Below, one piece after another: positions 47,392 through 58,808 of a DNA stretch of 64,000 nt (the stretch's first letter is position 1; every line of letters starts with the position of its first letter). The DNA is from Azolla caroliniana (Eukaryota; Plantae; Polypodiophyta). Location of the stretch: the NCBI GenBank assembly GCA_043228905.1, contig JBHGNT010000015.1:19716001-19780000 (forward strand), read 5' to 3'. Both the position numbers and the translations under genes were made by a program. A model generated the notes under the pieces. That model worked only from the letters and a program-made list of their open reading frames with translations, did no database searches and was not told the DNA's origin.

Positions 47392-49957
47392 CGGAGGATG
47401 AACCGAACCATAATGGAGAGGGTCTGGAGTATGTTGGCGCATGCAAAATTACCCAAGACGTTTTGGGTTGAGGCGTTGTCGACAGTGACGTATGTGATAA
47501 ACAGATCACCCTCAGTACCCTTGGACGGAGACACGCCATAGAGAGTCTGGACCGGTAAGGAAGTGTCCTACCGGCATCTGAAGGTGTTCGGGTGTCTCGC
47601 GTACGTGCATGTAGCTAAGGACCGGAGAGGAAAGTTAGATCCAAAGACCCGGCCATGCATATTCCTCGGTTACGACGACGACGAGTTCAGCTACCAAGTG
47701 TGGGACCCGGTCGATAAGAAGTTATTCCGGAGTCGAGATATTATCTTCATGGAGGACAAGACGCTCGCCGACTGGGAGTCAGAGAAGAAGATAATGAACT
47801 CTGAGTCGACCGGTAAGGATCGACTCTACGATGAGCAGACCTAGCCGGCAAGAGACCGGTTAGCACTCGAGGAACTAGCCGGTTACGGTGAGGATACCGA
47901 ACAGGCTGAAGAAGAAGAGGAAGTTGAAACCGGAACCGGCCAAGACCCCGAATCGGATTCGGACGAAGATCAAATGGAGGAGCCGGTTACCGAAGCCCAA
48001 AGACGGAGATATCCTCTTAGAGAGAGAAGGGCCCCCTAGAGATTTCTGGATGCAGAGCATGTGCTGCTGACCGATGAGGGGGAGCCAGAAAGCTTCGAGG
48101 AAGCTAAGAGTTAAGTGCCATGCAGGATGAGATGGATTCCCTGCATGAGAACCATACGTACAAATTGGTGGAGTTGCTGAAAGGAAAGCGGGCACTCCGA
48201 AACAAGTGGGTGTACAAGTTGAAACCGGGAGATGCCGGTAACCCCCTGAGATACAAAGCCAGGATTGTGGTGAAGGGGTTCCAGCAGAAGAAGGGCATGG
48301 ACTTCGACGAGATATTTGCCCCGGTAGTAAAGATGACCTTCATCCGGATGGTGATGAGTATAACGGCAAGCATGGACCTTGAGGTAGAGCAGCTAGACGT
48401 GAAGACGGCATTCCTTCACGGTGACCTCAAAGAGGAGATCTACATGCAGCAACCGGAAGGATTCGTGGAGAAAGGGAAGGAGCATCTGGCTTGCCGGTTG
48501 AAGAAGAGCCTGTATAGACTGAAGCAGGCTCCCCGACAATGGTACCGGAAGTTCGACTCCTTCATGACCGATCAAGGGTACCACAAGACGCAGGCCGATC
48601 ACAACGTGTTTGTGAAGAAGTTCGAAGGAGGCGACTTCCTGATACTCCTTCTGTACGTGGATGACATGTTGATCGTCGGACGAAACCAAGCCAGAATACG
48701 GATGTTGAAGAAGGCTCTCAACCGAACTTTCGCAATGAAAGACTTGGGTCCGGCAAGATAGATGTTAGGGATGCATATCATCCAGAACCGGCCAACGAAG
48801 CAATTGTGGCTGTCATAGGAGAAGTACATGACAAAGGTGCTTCAACGGTTCAACATGTTAGAAGCGAAACCGGTCGGATCGACACTCCCGGCAAACTGCA
48901 GATTATCCGGTAAGCAAAGCCCGAAGAAGAAAGCAGAGAAGGCTGATATGATGAAGGTTCCATATGCCTCTGCCATCGGGAGCTTAGTGTACGCAATGGT
49001 GTGTACCCGACCGGATATAGGATACGCAGTCGAAGTGGTGAGCCGGTTTATGAGCAATCCCAGCAAGGAGTGCTCGAACGCGGTCAAATGGATACTCCGG
49101 TACTTGAAGGGCACTTCGAACATGTGTCTCCGATTCGGCCCCGGTAAACCTCAACTTGACAGTTTTACCGATTCGGACATGTCGGCTGATGTGGATACCA
49201 GCCGGTCTACATCCGGGTATGTAATGACATATGCAGGGGGAGTTGTTTCGTGGTAGTCGAGGCTGCAGAAGACGGTTGTGTTGTCAACCACGGAAGTGGA
49301 GTACATGGCGGTTGTGGAAGCCAGCAAGGAAATACTATGGATGAAGGACTTCATCGGAGAACTCGGTATCTGGCAAGATGAATATCGGCTCTATTGCGAC
49401 AGTCAAAGTGCCATCCACCTTGCTAAGAACGTAGCGTACCACTCCAGGACAAAGCACATCCAGCGTAGGTATCACTAGATCCGGGAGCGAGTAGAAGATC
49501 GAGAGTTCGCGCTGATGAAGATCCACATTGCCGAGAACGGGTCAGATATGTTGACTAAAGTACTGATACCTGACAAGCTGGATGCATGTTGGAAGCGGAT
49601 CGGACTAGTAAGATATCCCATGCCGGAGTGAAGGGGGAGTTTGTTAGGAAACAGGTCCCTCCGGATGGGAAGTGAAAAGAACAGTGATGATGGGAAGTGA
49701 AAATGGATGTGGAGTACCCGGCTACGGAAGACCCGGTGAGAACCGGATGACGTGTGCCCGGCAAGCGCCGGATGATGCAGGCCCGGTGAGGAGTGCTCAC
49801 CGGATGAAGGGACATATTCATAAATATGTTTCTGAGAGTCCATCGGGGCTATATTTGTAAATGGTCGAAAAGTCATATTAGTATAAATATGACTTAGGGA
49901 AAACTTAGTACTGTTGTTGTCATTCTTGTTGGTGCAAGATTGGAGAGCGTAACTGTG

Positions 49958-50001
<44 letters not shown>

Positions 50002-50269
50002 GAGGTCGTTGCCTCTGTTGTAACCGCCGCTTGTGGCGAATATTGCGAGCTCGAGGTCGTTGTCTTGGTGCTTACTATTGTACATTCTGATATAGTGATA
50101 GATTGCAGTCTGTGGGCTGCCGTGGTTTTTCCCTAGTTTGGGTTTTCCACATTAACATCCTGTGTACTCTTCTCTTTATTGTGTCGTACATTCATTACCC
50201 GGTTTGTGTGTTTTATCCTAGGCTCTGTTGTGGCCGAGCATTGTTCATCCGGAGCGTGTGTTCCTGTCA
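47392..50269 (+). mobile_element. Copia-F: 5'-truncated degenerate Tork-like copia with 3' LTR 49642-50269
   Basis: Integrase ERMNRTIME, RT YVDDML, RNase H STTEVEY..RTKHI; PPT gagtgaagggggag; LTR TGTTAGGAA..TTCCTGTCA. Confidence 0.88.
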
Positions 50270-51559
50270 CCTAAGAGGTAACAGTATGACCAATTCCAGC
50301 CAGCCGTGGAAAGTAGAGACATCACGACGATGCAAACCCCTCTCGGTCTAGTTCGAATGTGTACCCTACCACAAGGGGGAATCAACTCAGTGGCACACAT
50401 GGTGAATGAGATGAACAAGGTGTTGAGGGACTGCATCCCGAACATCACCATGTCGTTTTTGGACGACATCTCAATCAAGGGATGTCCAGAGGACACTAAG
50501 GACAATTCGATCGGAGCGGACAAATGCCGGAGATTTGTCGTGGACCACATCTCCAATTGCGAGAAGATACTGCAAAGGCTTGAAGGCGCTCGACTTACCT
50601 TCTCTAGGAAGTAGTCGGCTTTCGGAAAATCGGAGATCTTAATAGTTGGTCACCTGTGCGGGCCATACGGCCGGAAATTGTCTCCGGCGAAGGTAGAGGC
50701 CATCTCGGCAATGAAGGAAGAGTGTCGGTTGGGCATAGAAACCCGACGGTTCCTGGGGGTGAGCGCCTTCTACCACATTTGGATCTTGCACTACGTGCAT
50801 ATTGTCAAGCCGCTCTATGACTTGTTGAAGAAAGGCCAGAAATTCGAATGGGGCAACGAGCACACGGAGGCGGTCCGGAGACTGAAGGAAAAGCTAACGG
50901 CAGCATCGGCGCTCTAGAAAGCAGTGTACAAGAAGAACACTTCGGTTTACGTGATGGTGGATACGAGTCCGACCAGAATCAGGTGGGTGGTTAATCAGGA
51001 AGACGAGGACGGCTCACGGTTCCCCATCCGGTTTGGTGCAAAGATGCTGAGCGATCGGCAACGAGGATACATTCGGGTTAAACGCGAACTCTAGGGTGTC
51101 GTTTCGGCGGTCAACGCTGATAACATCATTGTGCTAACCATGTAAAATTTGCACATAGAAAGGAGAAACACTATACTTGGTGGCATACCAAATTTGGTTG
51201 TAAAGTCCCACATTCAAATGAATCCATTACAAGAAAAATGAAAGACACTAATTAAGCCTTCTTCAAAATATTACATATCCACAATATCAACCTTTGTAGG
51301 AAAACATCACAAAGAAGCCATAAAGAATATATGAGATTTTAATTACGTTTTCTCACCCAAATTCTAACAATGTGCAACATCAACCTCACTTGCTCCTTGT
51401 CACTCATTGCTAGAGCGTCCTCGCCCAATCCATATATTGCCCACTTTCTTGTTCGTTAAATTATAATGCCGCAAGTATAGACCGAATGTTCTCATTCCCC
51501 GTTACATTGCATTGGTGGATTCCCGATCCTTGTCTTCGACAACATGATGGGCATCCTTA

Positions 51560-51900
51560 AACATGTGAAAAAGGTTTAGTAACTGCATGCTCCTCTAGAG
51601 CTTTGGGTTGGGATATTTTCACTTTATCGTAACTATAACTTGGGTTAGGAAACTCCAAGCATGCATTGCTAAAGTGGTGGTATCATCAAGAACCTCTTCT
51701 TTGTGCTTTCTCGCATGAATGAGAAAATGCACATTTGGTCCAATCGTGATTCCTCCCTAGGATACATTTCTTAACTTTGTATTCAAACAAACCAAACTCA
51801 TCGCTCGAGTATACATCTAGAGCTTGCCAAATTGAGTCAATTACCCATACCTCCTCATCTAGTGATTTCTCCTCTATCTCATCTTCTCCAACCATGATAT
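51560..51900 (-). pseudogene. RR-TZF (arginine-rich tandem CCCH zinc finger) pseudogene fragment
   Basis: DVYSSDEFGLFEYKVKKCILGRNHDWTKCAFSHSCEKAQRR matches the plant TZF RR/CHCH motif; followed by stop and decayed CCCH remnants. Confidence 0.75.
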
Positions 51901-53751
51901 TATTATTATAGATGTTCACTTTGGTGATAAGTCTAGTGATTTTCATGTGTTAAGGAATCTTGAAGGGTCTATCAATATCATTTATACCGAAATATATATT
52001 ATTGAGGCATCTGAGGTTTCGTCACACTAATCCAATTGTGCAACAAAGGGATGCGTCTAAGAATTAGACACAAAGGGATTATCTAAAATGTTCATGTAGA
52101 TATATTCATGATCAACATCGATGCTTTCATTAATTGCTCACATAGTTGAGGTGCCAAGATTAATGTAGGCGAATGATATTGCTGGTGGTAGTGGACAAAC
52201 AACAAAGACGTGGGTGTCATATTATATATATGTAGGCGTTGAAGGGGTATTGGGGGCAATAGTAGTGTGACGACTCCAACTGCCTTGGCTAGATGATGTC
52301 AAAAAGAAAGGATTGGTTGCAAAAGTTATACTCAACAAAGATATATCTTGATCCTTTCAATGAAAATTGGAGGAGAGAGCTGGGTATGTCACCAAAGCAA
52401 ATTAAACTCAAGAGGTTGAGAAGAACAAGGTTTCAAAGATTATATTGAGTAAAAAGTTGATCAATTGTGAGTATGTGAGGAATGAGTAATAGAAACTTTG
52501 TTCTTATCTTTCTTGGAGACTCGTTTTAGAAGTCTCTTATGCAGGGCCCTAATGTGAAACCATCCTATTTCTTCTCTTCTTTCTTAGGAATAGAATGATG
52601 TTACACTATGTCTATTGTTGCGACCTTTATATCCATCCCAACTTGCTTTTTGCTTCCCTTTTGGTATTTGTATATCCAAAATAATAATAATCCACGCTAG
52701 AACTACTTCATTGCTTAATTTTAATATTTTCTTTGCAATAATTGCTTGCTACATTTACGCTAGAGAGTTCCATGCATCCTCGCATCCATAAATAAAGACA
52801 AACAAACTAGGATTGGCTTGATCTTGCATGGTCGTTCATTATTATAAATTGGATTATCACATTAGAGAAACACACATTAGATACTTGTACACATGTGGTA
52901 TTTGACATGAGCATGACTTGTTGGGGGGAGATTTAGTTGGCTTGACCCATGGTCATTCATTCACTATCATAATTATGGGTTGCATGGTTGATGTAGAATT
53001 GGATAAGATGTTATTAATGCAAATGTTGTACCTATATAAACAACATAGATTATTTAACAAACACAACACACACACACACACGAACTCTAGCATATAGTGG
53101 AGAAGAAGAACACTAAAAAGGCATAAAAGTGACCTTTGTAGACTTTTCCATTAGTATTGGCCCTTCCACACTAGCGGAGATTACCAAGCTTTAACTTTAT
53201 TATAACCTCTCTTGTGTCCCCTTTGTCTTGTCTCTACACTCGTATCATTGGTACCAATGTGTCGTATTCCTATATCCTTGATATTCATATTGGCAAGTGC
53301 TTAACAATGCTACAAAAAAGGTAGTCATATAGGTGTATAAAGAAACACAAACGATAATGTATGCTAGTAGAACAATTTGATGATTGAGTAGATAGATTTC
53401 AACACACGTCATTGGAATGATCTGTTCTACATAGATAGATAGATACACATAATTCATCATAGTTTGAAGATCAAAGTATTGTTCATCACACACCCACAAC
53501 TAGCCAACCACATGCTTACATATGCACTACATTACACACTAAATTTTGTCAGAATGATTAATTTATTGAGAAGATAGGTTCCTGCATACATGACATTATT
53601 ATAATTGGTTTATTAGCACATTAGATATATACATACATATCATTCATGATAGTCGTAGACTTGTTTGGTTGGAATATATTGTTCGCCATATACCAACAAC
53701 TAGTTACAACTTTACATACTACATCACAATAAAAAAACAAGAAAGTTGAAT

Positions 53752-54190
53752 GGGTGTCTAGAAAAACGCAAAAGAAAAATATCCAATGGTAGAAACTAGG
53801 AAGATGGATTCCTACACACATCCTATTACTACAATGGTTTATTGGCACAAAGATAGATACATACATATTCTTTACAATAATCTCATGATCAAAATATTGT
53901 TCAGAATACACCGCCAAGTTAACAACTAGCGACACAATTACATATGTCCTAAAATACACTCAACCAAAACAAGGTGTCTAGAAAAACGCAAAAGAAAAAT
54001 ATCCAATGGTAGAAACTAGGAAGATGGATTCCTACACACATCCTATTACTACAATGGTTTATTGGCACAAAGATAGATACATACATATTCTTTATCATAG
54101 TCTCATGATCAAAATATTGTTCACAATACACCGCCAAGTTAACAACTAGCGACACGATTACATATGTCCTAAAATGCACTCAACCAAAAC
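53752..54190. repeat. Tandem duplication, two ~220-bp units upstream of FMO-1 (diverged relative ~53360-53510)
   Basis: ggtgtctagaaaaacgcaaaagaaaaatatccaatgg...cactcaaccaaaacaa twice, near identical. Confidence 0.88.
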
Positions 54191-54591
54191 AAACCTGGTC
54201 AAATGGTTGATTGGGTGCATATAGGTGTGAATGTTCATCATACACCAACAACTCGCCATGCCTTTACATAAATAGTTTATGTAGAAATCACACACATAAC
54301 AAAGCGTGTAGACACACACGAGATGATTTGCTTGTGAATGAGTGGTGGAATGTGTGTACAACGACAATTCTAGCTTTACGAATCTCGTATATACATAACT
54401 ATATACGTACGTACGTACATACACACACACACATCCATCAATCAATCCATACATGCATATACATACATAAATACACTGCTGAACTTATTCAACATTGGCC
54501 AAGTACAAGTTGGCCCCACATTTGAGTTCGTACAAGATTCCATAAAATGAAACGTATATGCATTGAGAGAGAGAGAGATTGTAGAGTGGCT

Positions 54592-56427
54592 ATGGCTATT
54601 GCTATGGCCTTGGCTGAAGAGGAGGTGAATGCTTGGCTGAGTAGCTTTGAAGCTGCCCTGCTCCAAAGAGATGTGGAGGCTGCAACCCAACTCTTCCTCC
54701 CTGAAGAATGCTTCTGGAGGGACCTCCTCACCTTCACATGGAACATCTACACGGCCGAGTCCCAACAAGAGATCCGAGACATGCTCCAATCCACTCTCAT
54801 TCATGGTGACCACATCCACCCTCCCTCCTCCTGCAAGCTCCAAGGTGAGGTGGAAAACCTTACCTCCCATCCCCATGGCCTCATCCAAGCCTTCTTCACC
54901 TTCGAAACTCCCATCGCGCGGGGCCGCGGACACCTCAAGCTCCGAGACGGAAAATGCTGGTGCCTCCTCACCTCCATGCTAGAGCTCAAAGGCCACGAAG
55001 AGCTGGCCGGACCCCGGCGAGAGCTCGGCGTTGTCCACGGTGCTTTTCGTGGCGGTGGCCGCCGGACATGGCTCGACATGAGGCATGATGAATTGTCGCA
55101 CCTCGGCCACACCCCCTCTTCCCAGCCCTACTGTCTTGTTGTCGGGGGCGGACAAGCCGGGATCTCCCTCGGGGCTCGGCTCCGCCGCCTCCGTGTCCCG
55201 ACCATCATCATCGACAAGAACAAGCGTCCCGGCGATTCATGGCGCAACCGATACAGATCCTTATGCCTCCACTTTCCTGTCTGGATTGACCACTTTCCTT
55301 ACATCCCTTTCCCTGACCATTGGCCCATGTTCTGCCCCAAAGACAAGCTGGCTGATTGGCTAGAGGCATATACCCTCATCATGGAGCTTGTGTATTGGGG
55401 ATCGGCCGAGTGCAAATCGGCACAGTTCAACCCCGTGGAGGAGAAGTGGGAAGTATTGGTAAACAAAGAAGGCCAGGACATTTTGCTATACCCTAAGCAC
55501 CTGGTGCTAGCTACTGGAGTCTCCGGCTTCCCCGATGTGCCCGTCTTTCCGGGCGCCCAAAACTTCCGAGGTACACAATGCCATTCCAGCCAATATCAGG
55601 ACAGCCGAGAATGGAGGGGAAAACGGTGTGTTGTCGTGGGGTCCAATAACTCCGCCCACGATATATGTCATGACCTGTGGGAATGTGAGGCTGCCCAAGT
55701 GACCATGGTCCAAAGGTCTTCGAGTGTTGTCGTGCGCTCAGAAAGCATGGCCTCTGTCGATCCCTCCCCCTACCACCGCGAAGGATCGAAATACTCCATC
55801 AAAGATGCCGACCTTCTCTTTGCTTCGATGCCCTTTAAAATCATGCATAGATTCACCATAGATAGCTACAAAAGGCTTGCCGAAATCGATTCCAAGCTCT
55901 ATGACGGTTTGAAGAGAGTGGGGTTCATGTTCGACTTTGGGGATGATGGGTCAGGGTTGCTTCTCAAGTACCTCCGACAAGGGTCGGGGTATTACATTGA
56001 TGTGGGTGCATCGGATCTTTTGATAAAAGGTGAGATCAACCTAAAGAGTGGGGTAACATTGAAGGAAATGAAAGAGAGGAGTGTTGTGTTGAGTGACAAT
56101 ACTGAAGTTGAGGCCGACCTAGTTGTGTATGCAACTGGCTATGGGTCCATGAATGAATGGGTGGCCAAGCTTATCTCTCGAGAAGTGGCAGACAAGGTTG
56201 GTAAGTGTTGGGGGTTAGGGTCAGATACCAAGAAGGATCCGGGCCCGTGGGAATGTGAGATTCGTAACATGTGGAAACCGACCCAACAACTAGGGCTATG
56301 GTTCCATGGGGGTGGCTTCTTTCATTGTAGACAATATTCCCTATACTTAGCATTGCAAATCAAAGCACGCATGGAGGGCATCCCCATCCATGTCTATGGC
56401 ATGGGAAAGGTCCACCATATTGCTTAA
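54592..56427 (+). CDS. FMO-1: intronless class B flavoprotein monooxygenase, type II FMO with N-terminal extension (~611 aa)
   Basis: N-terminal FWRDLLTFTWNI/FTFETPIARGRG; FAD motif GGGQAG; GDSWRNRY; FRGTQCHSSQY (FxGxxxHxxxY); GSNNSAHD; ATGY; upstream in-frame ATG at 54547 runs through a GA repeat. Confidence 0.93.
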   Translation: MAIAMALAEEEVNAWLSSFEAALLQRDVEAATQLFLPEECFWRDLLTFTWNIYTAESQQEIRDMLQSTLIHGDHIHPPSSCKLQGEVENLTSHPHGLIQAFFTFETPIARGRGHLKLRDGKCWCLLTSMLELKGHEELAGPRRELGVVHGAFRGGGRRTWLDMRHDELSHLGHTPSSQPYCLVVGGGQAGISLGARLRRLRVPTIIIDKNKRPGDSWRNRYRSLCLHFPVWIDHFPYIPFPDHWPMFCPKDKLADWLEAYTLIMELVYWGSAECKSAQFNPVEEKWEVLVNKEGQDILLYPKHLVLATGVSGFPDVPVFPGAQNFRGTQCHSSQYQDSREWRGKRCVVVGSNNSAHDICHDLWECEAAQVTMVQRSSSVVVRSESMASVDPSPYHREGSKYSIKDADLLFASMPFKIMHRFTIDSYKRLAEIDSKLYDGLKRVGFMFDFGDDGSGLLLKYLRQGSGYYIDVGASDLLIKGEINLKSGVTLKEMKERSVVLSDNTEVEADLVVYATGYGSMNEWVAKLISREVADKVGKCWGLGSDTKKDPGPWECEIRNMWKPTQQLGLWFHGGGFFHCRQYSLYLALQIKARMEGIPIHVYGMGKVHHIA

Positions 56428-57486
56428 TAAGTGTGGCATTTGATAATGTTTTTTAGGTTTGGGCATTTGTTAGGATATCCTAAGATTAAGGAATGTCATC
56501 GAATAAAACCGATCTCCCGGCCAAACAATGAGAGGAAAATTTAGGAAAGCATGTTTGTATTAATGTGCTTTGTCTTTGATGAGGGAGTGAGTGTTGTTTT
56601 GCAATTCACATATGAGTTTGAAAGTTAATCTTCCACGCTATTATATATTGTATCTGGAAAAGGGCTTTGTTCGTCGTTTGGTCTATATCATATATAATGT
56701 AATTGATGATTCATTAATCCATTCACAAATAATTGTGGATGAGTTACATTGTGATGTACACATTCGTGTATTTATAAAGTAAGCCAAATTATGTAGTTGC
56801 GAAGAAAAATATACACTTAAAACCCTCATGCCTAAAATTTTATAATAAATAAACTTGTGTTTAGTGTGTTGAAGATTATATCAATGGTTGGAGGAACCTA
56901 ATAAAGAAGACACCATTTTGTGCATACAGTAAAATTGCAAAGGTTGATCAAACTTATAAAGTTGCCAATTAAAATTGATCACGCAATGTAAAAGGGTTCC
57001 AATAGTGTAATCTTTACCAAATTGATTTGTAATACATATCTATAAATTTTGATTAGCAAGCAAACAACTCTTGGAGAGAGAAGCAAGAGAAAAGAAGACA
57101 ATGAACTGCCCCTCCTTGTGAAACTGTTCGTGAATTGAACCTGTAATTTAGACGTAAATTAAGACATTCTTGGCAAGGCTTTTCTCAAGTGTTCCATGGA
57201 ATTTGTGAAGATATTCTTTCTCGTATGGGGGGAGGGGTAAATTGGGAGATTTGGGAAAGTAAAGGGGGGTATACAACAATTTCGAAGAAAGTGTAAGGGG
57301 GAGGGGTTTTGATTGTGAAAGGAGTGTGGGTGTGTTGCCGAATAGTGATGATGGTGGCTCATGGAGATTCTAAGCAGCAAGAGGTACACACAACCATAGT
57401 AGTAGTAGATATTAGCGTGGTCGTTTGCGGGGGCGTATGGGAGATGTGGAAATATCGTGATGGGGATAGATCATTGCAATTATTGA

Positions 57487-57523
<37 letters not shown>

Positions 57524-57664
57524 ACTTGCGTTGACTACGTCCCTTCTTTTGAAATTTCTCGGCCTTTCTTCTTCTACATTCGCAAAACTGAAGCCCGAAA
57601 TTGGAAGTCTTACATGTGGTGGATGATGATGCCAAGAACCTGTATTATGGGTGGTGGCCCTTTC

Positions 57665-57906
57665 CGGCATACATCGGTTCGGTTTTGGCTTGACCGGTTT
57701 GGCCTTGTCCAGTCCAAAACGGTCAAGCCTAAACCGGTTTGGGGGTTTCCAAACCTAAACAGAAACGGTTCCTAAACTGGTTTGAGTAATTCCAAACAGA
57801 GCTCAAACCGGTTAAGGAAGCTCGAGTCTAAACTGAACCCAACAGAACCGAACCACCAAACAACGGTTTGGCGGTTCGTTTTAGGATTGAGCCAAGCCGT
57901 TGCCGA
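57665..57906. mobile_element. Possible MITE or hAT-like end rich in AACCG/CGGTT motifs
   Basis: Many ggttcggtt/aaccgaacc/aaaccgg units; imperfect terminal inversion cggca..tgccg; no clear TSD. Confidence 0.4.
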
Positions 57907-57962
57907 TTCCTGAAGCATGTGTGGTGACTTTGGAGTGAGGCTTCGGGTTCACTGTCGCAGGC

Positions 57963-58072
57963 CTAGGGTTAGGGTTTTGGTTAGTTTTGGGTTAGGGTTA
58001 GTTTTAGTTTTAGGGTTAGGGTTAGTTTTAGTTTTAGGGTTAGGGTTTGTTTTAGGTTTAGGGTTAGGGTTT
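57963..58072 (+). repeat. Degenerate telomere-like hexamer tract (TTAGGG/TTAGTT)
   Basis: ~110 bp of period-6 units with several exact TTAGGG. Confidence 0.8.
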
Positions 58073-58098
58073 GTATCACGAACTTTTGAATGAGCATG

Positions 58099-58423
58099 CC
58101 CCACACAAGCCTTTTCATTTCCTTGTCACAAAATGTCGGCGAAAAGTGTAGTGTTCGAAGGGGAAAAATATACACACAGAAAAGAATGTACCAAAAGCGT
58201 AGTGGTCGAAAGAGGAAAAATATACACACAGAAAAAAGTCTACCAAAAGTGTAGTGGTCGAAACGGGAAGAAGATGAAGAAAGAGATAAGACAGTAATCT
58301 GCAAAAAGATGGAATGTAAGAAATATGTCCATCTACACTTAGGCTGATTGTGTGTGAGAGAGAGAAGAGATTGTTCAAATAGCTATGGCTATGGCCCTGG
58401 CTGAAGAGGAGGTGACTGGTTGA
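58099..58423 (+). pseudogene. Orphan FMO 5' region: upstream sequence plus 12 codons (MAMALAEEEVTG*)
   Basis: Homologous to 63361-63660; ATG 58385, stop 58421-58423; includes ~2.3 copies of a ~52-bp unit. Confidence 0.85.
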
Positions 58424-58808
58424 AGTAGGATCAGTGGGCACCAATGGTATTGCCATGAGGCGAGGAAGCTGTAAGTAATCTGTAAGTAGGCGCTATTTTG
58501 TGTCCAGTTGCCAATCCCTGCTGTCACAAATATGTACCAGTTAGTCTGTGAAGCTCCAGTAAAAGTCAGAGCTATATCTAGTTGCAAAACAAGTGTGTTT
58601 CTTTCTTGGTAATGAGTCATGTGTTTCTTGGATCTTACATGTTAGTGCTCTTTTGTCTCTGTTTAAGTCTCTCAATCCACATCAGGTTGCCAAGTGGCAC
58701 ATAAATGCTTTGAAGTATAGGATTTGCGACAAAATATAAATACATCACAACAAAGCTAATTTGTTGTTGGATTTCAATCCTTTTGAACTTTTAAAGTAGA
58801 CATATCGA

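Larger units (their letters stand above)
26385..50283 (+). mobile_element. Gypsy-C: non-chromovirus (Athila/Tat-related) Ty3/gypsy with nested insertions; only 14 bp of its 3' LTR remain
   Basis: TSD GTATG at 26380-26384 and 50284-50288; 5' LTR 26385-26822; degenerate PBS tggcacacttggtg (tRNA-Arg-like); gag-PR (CFICQQPGHYATQC, IDGGS); RT-RH 30352-31923; integrase 38850-39935. Confidence 0.88.
14581..51118 (+). mobile_element. Gypsy-W copy B, host of the main nest (pieces 14581-15837, 22690-24946, 25927-26384, 50289-51118)
   Basis: 5' LTR 14581-15406; PBS tggtgaacccgacgtgaa 15411-15428; coding sequence resumes across each insertion (e.g. GDLYSGY at 26384 then DQFQ at 50289); truncated in RNase H. 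Confidence 0.88.

Noticed and set aside
46163-47539. 458-aa minus-strand ORF
   Set aside because: Chance open frame crossing an LTR, the antisense extra ORF and the inverted RT piece; no coherent domain
54547-56427. FMO as bacterial contamination or as YUCCA
   Set aside because: Embedded in plant microsatellite/TE context with local paralogues; ~160-aa N-terminal extension and GSNNSA motif are unlike YUCCA
57095-57125. miR408-like sequence atgaactgcccctcc
   Set aside because: Several mismatches and no complementary arm seen
57159-57626. Short His/Pro-rich and hydrophobic ORFs
   Set aside because: Low complexity, no recognisable motif or splice structure
58142-58262. Short ~52-bp repeats as a CRISPR-like array
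   Set aside because: Contiguous tandem units without unique spacers, eukaryotic context, no cas genes
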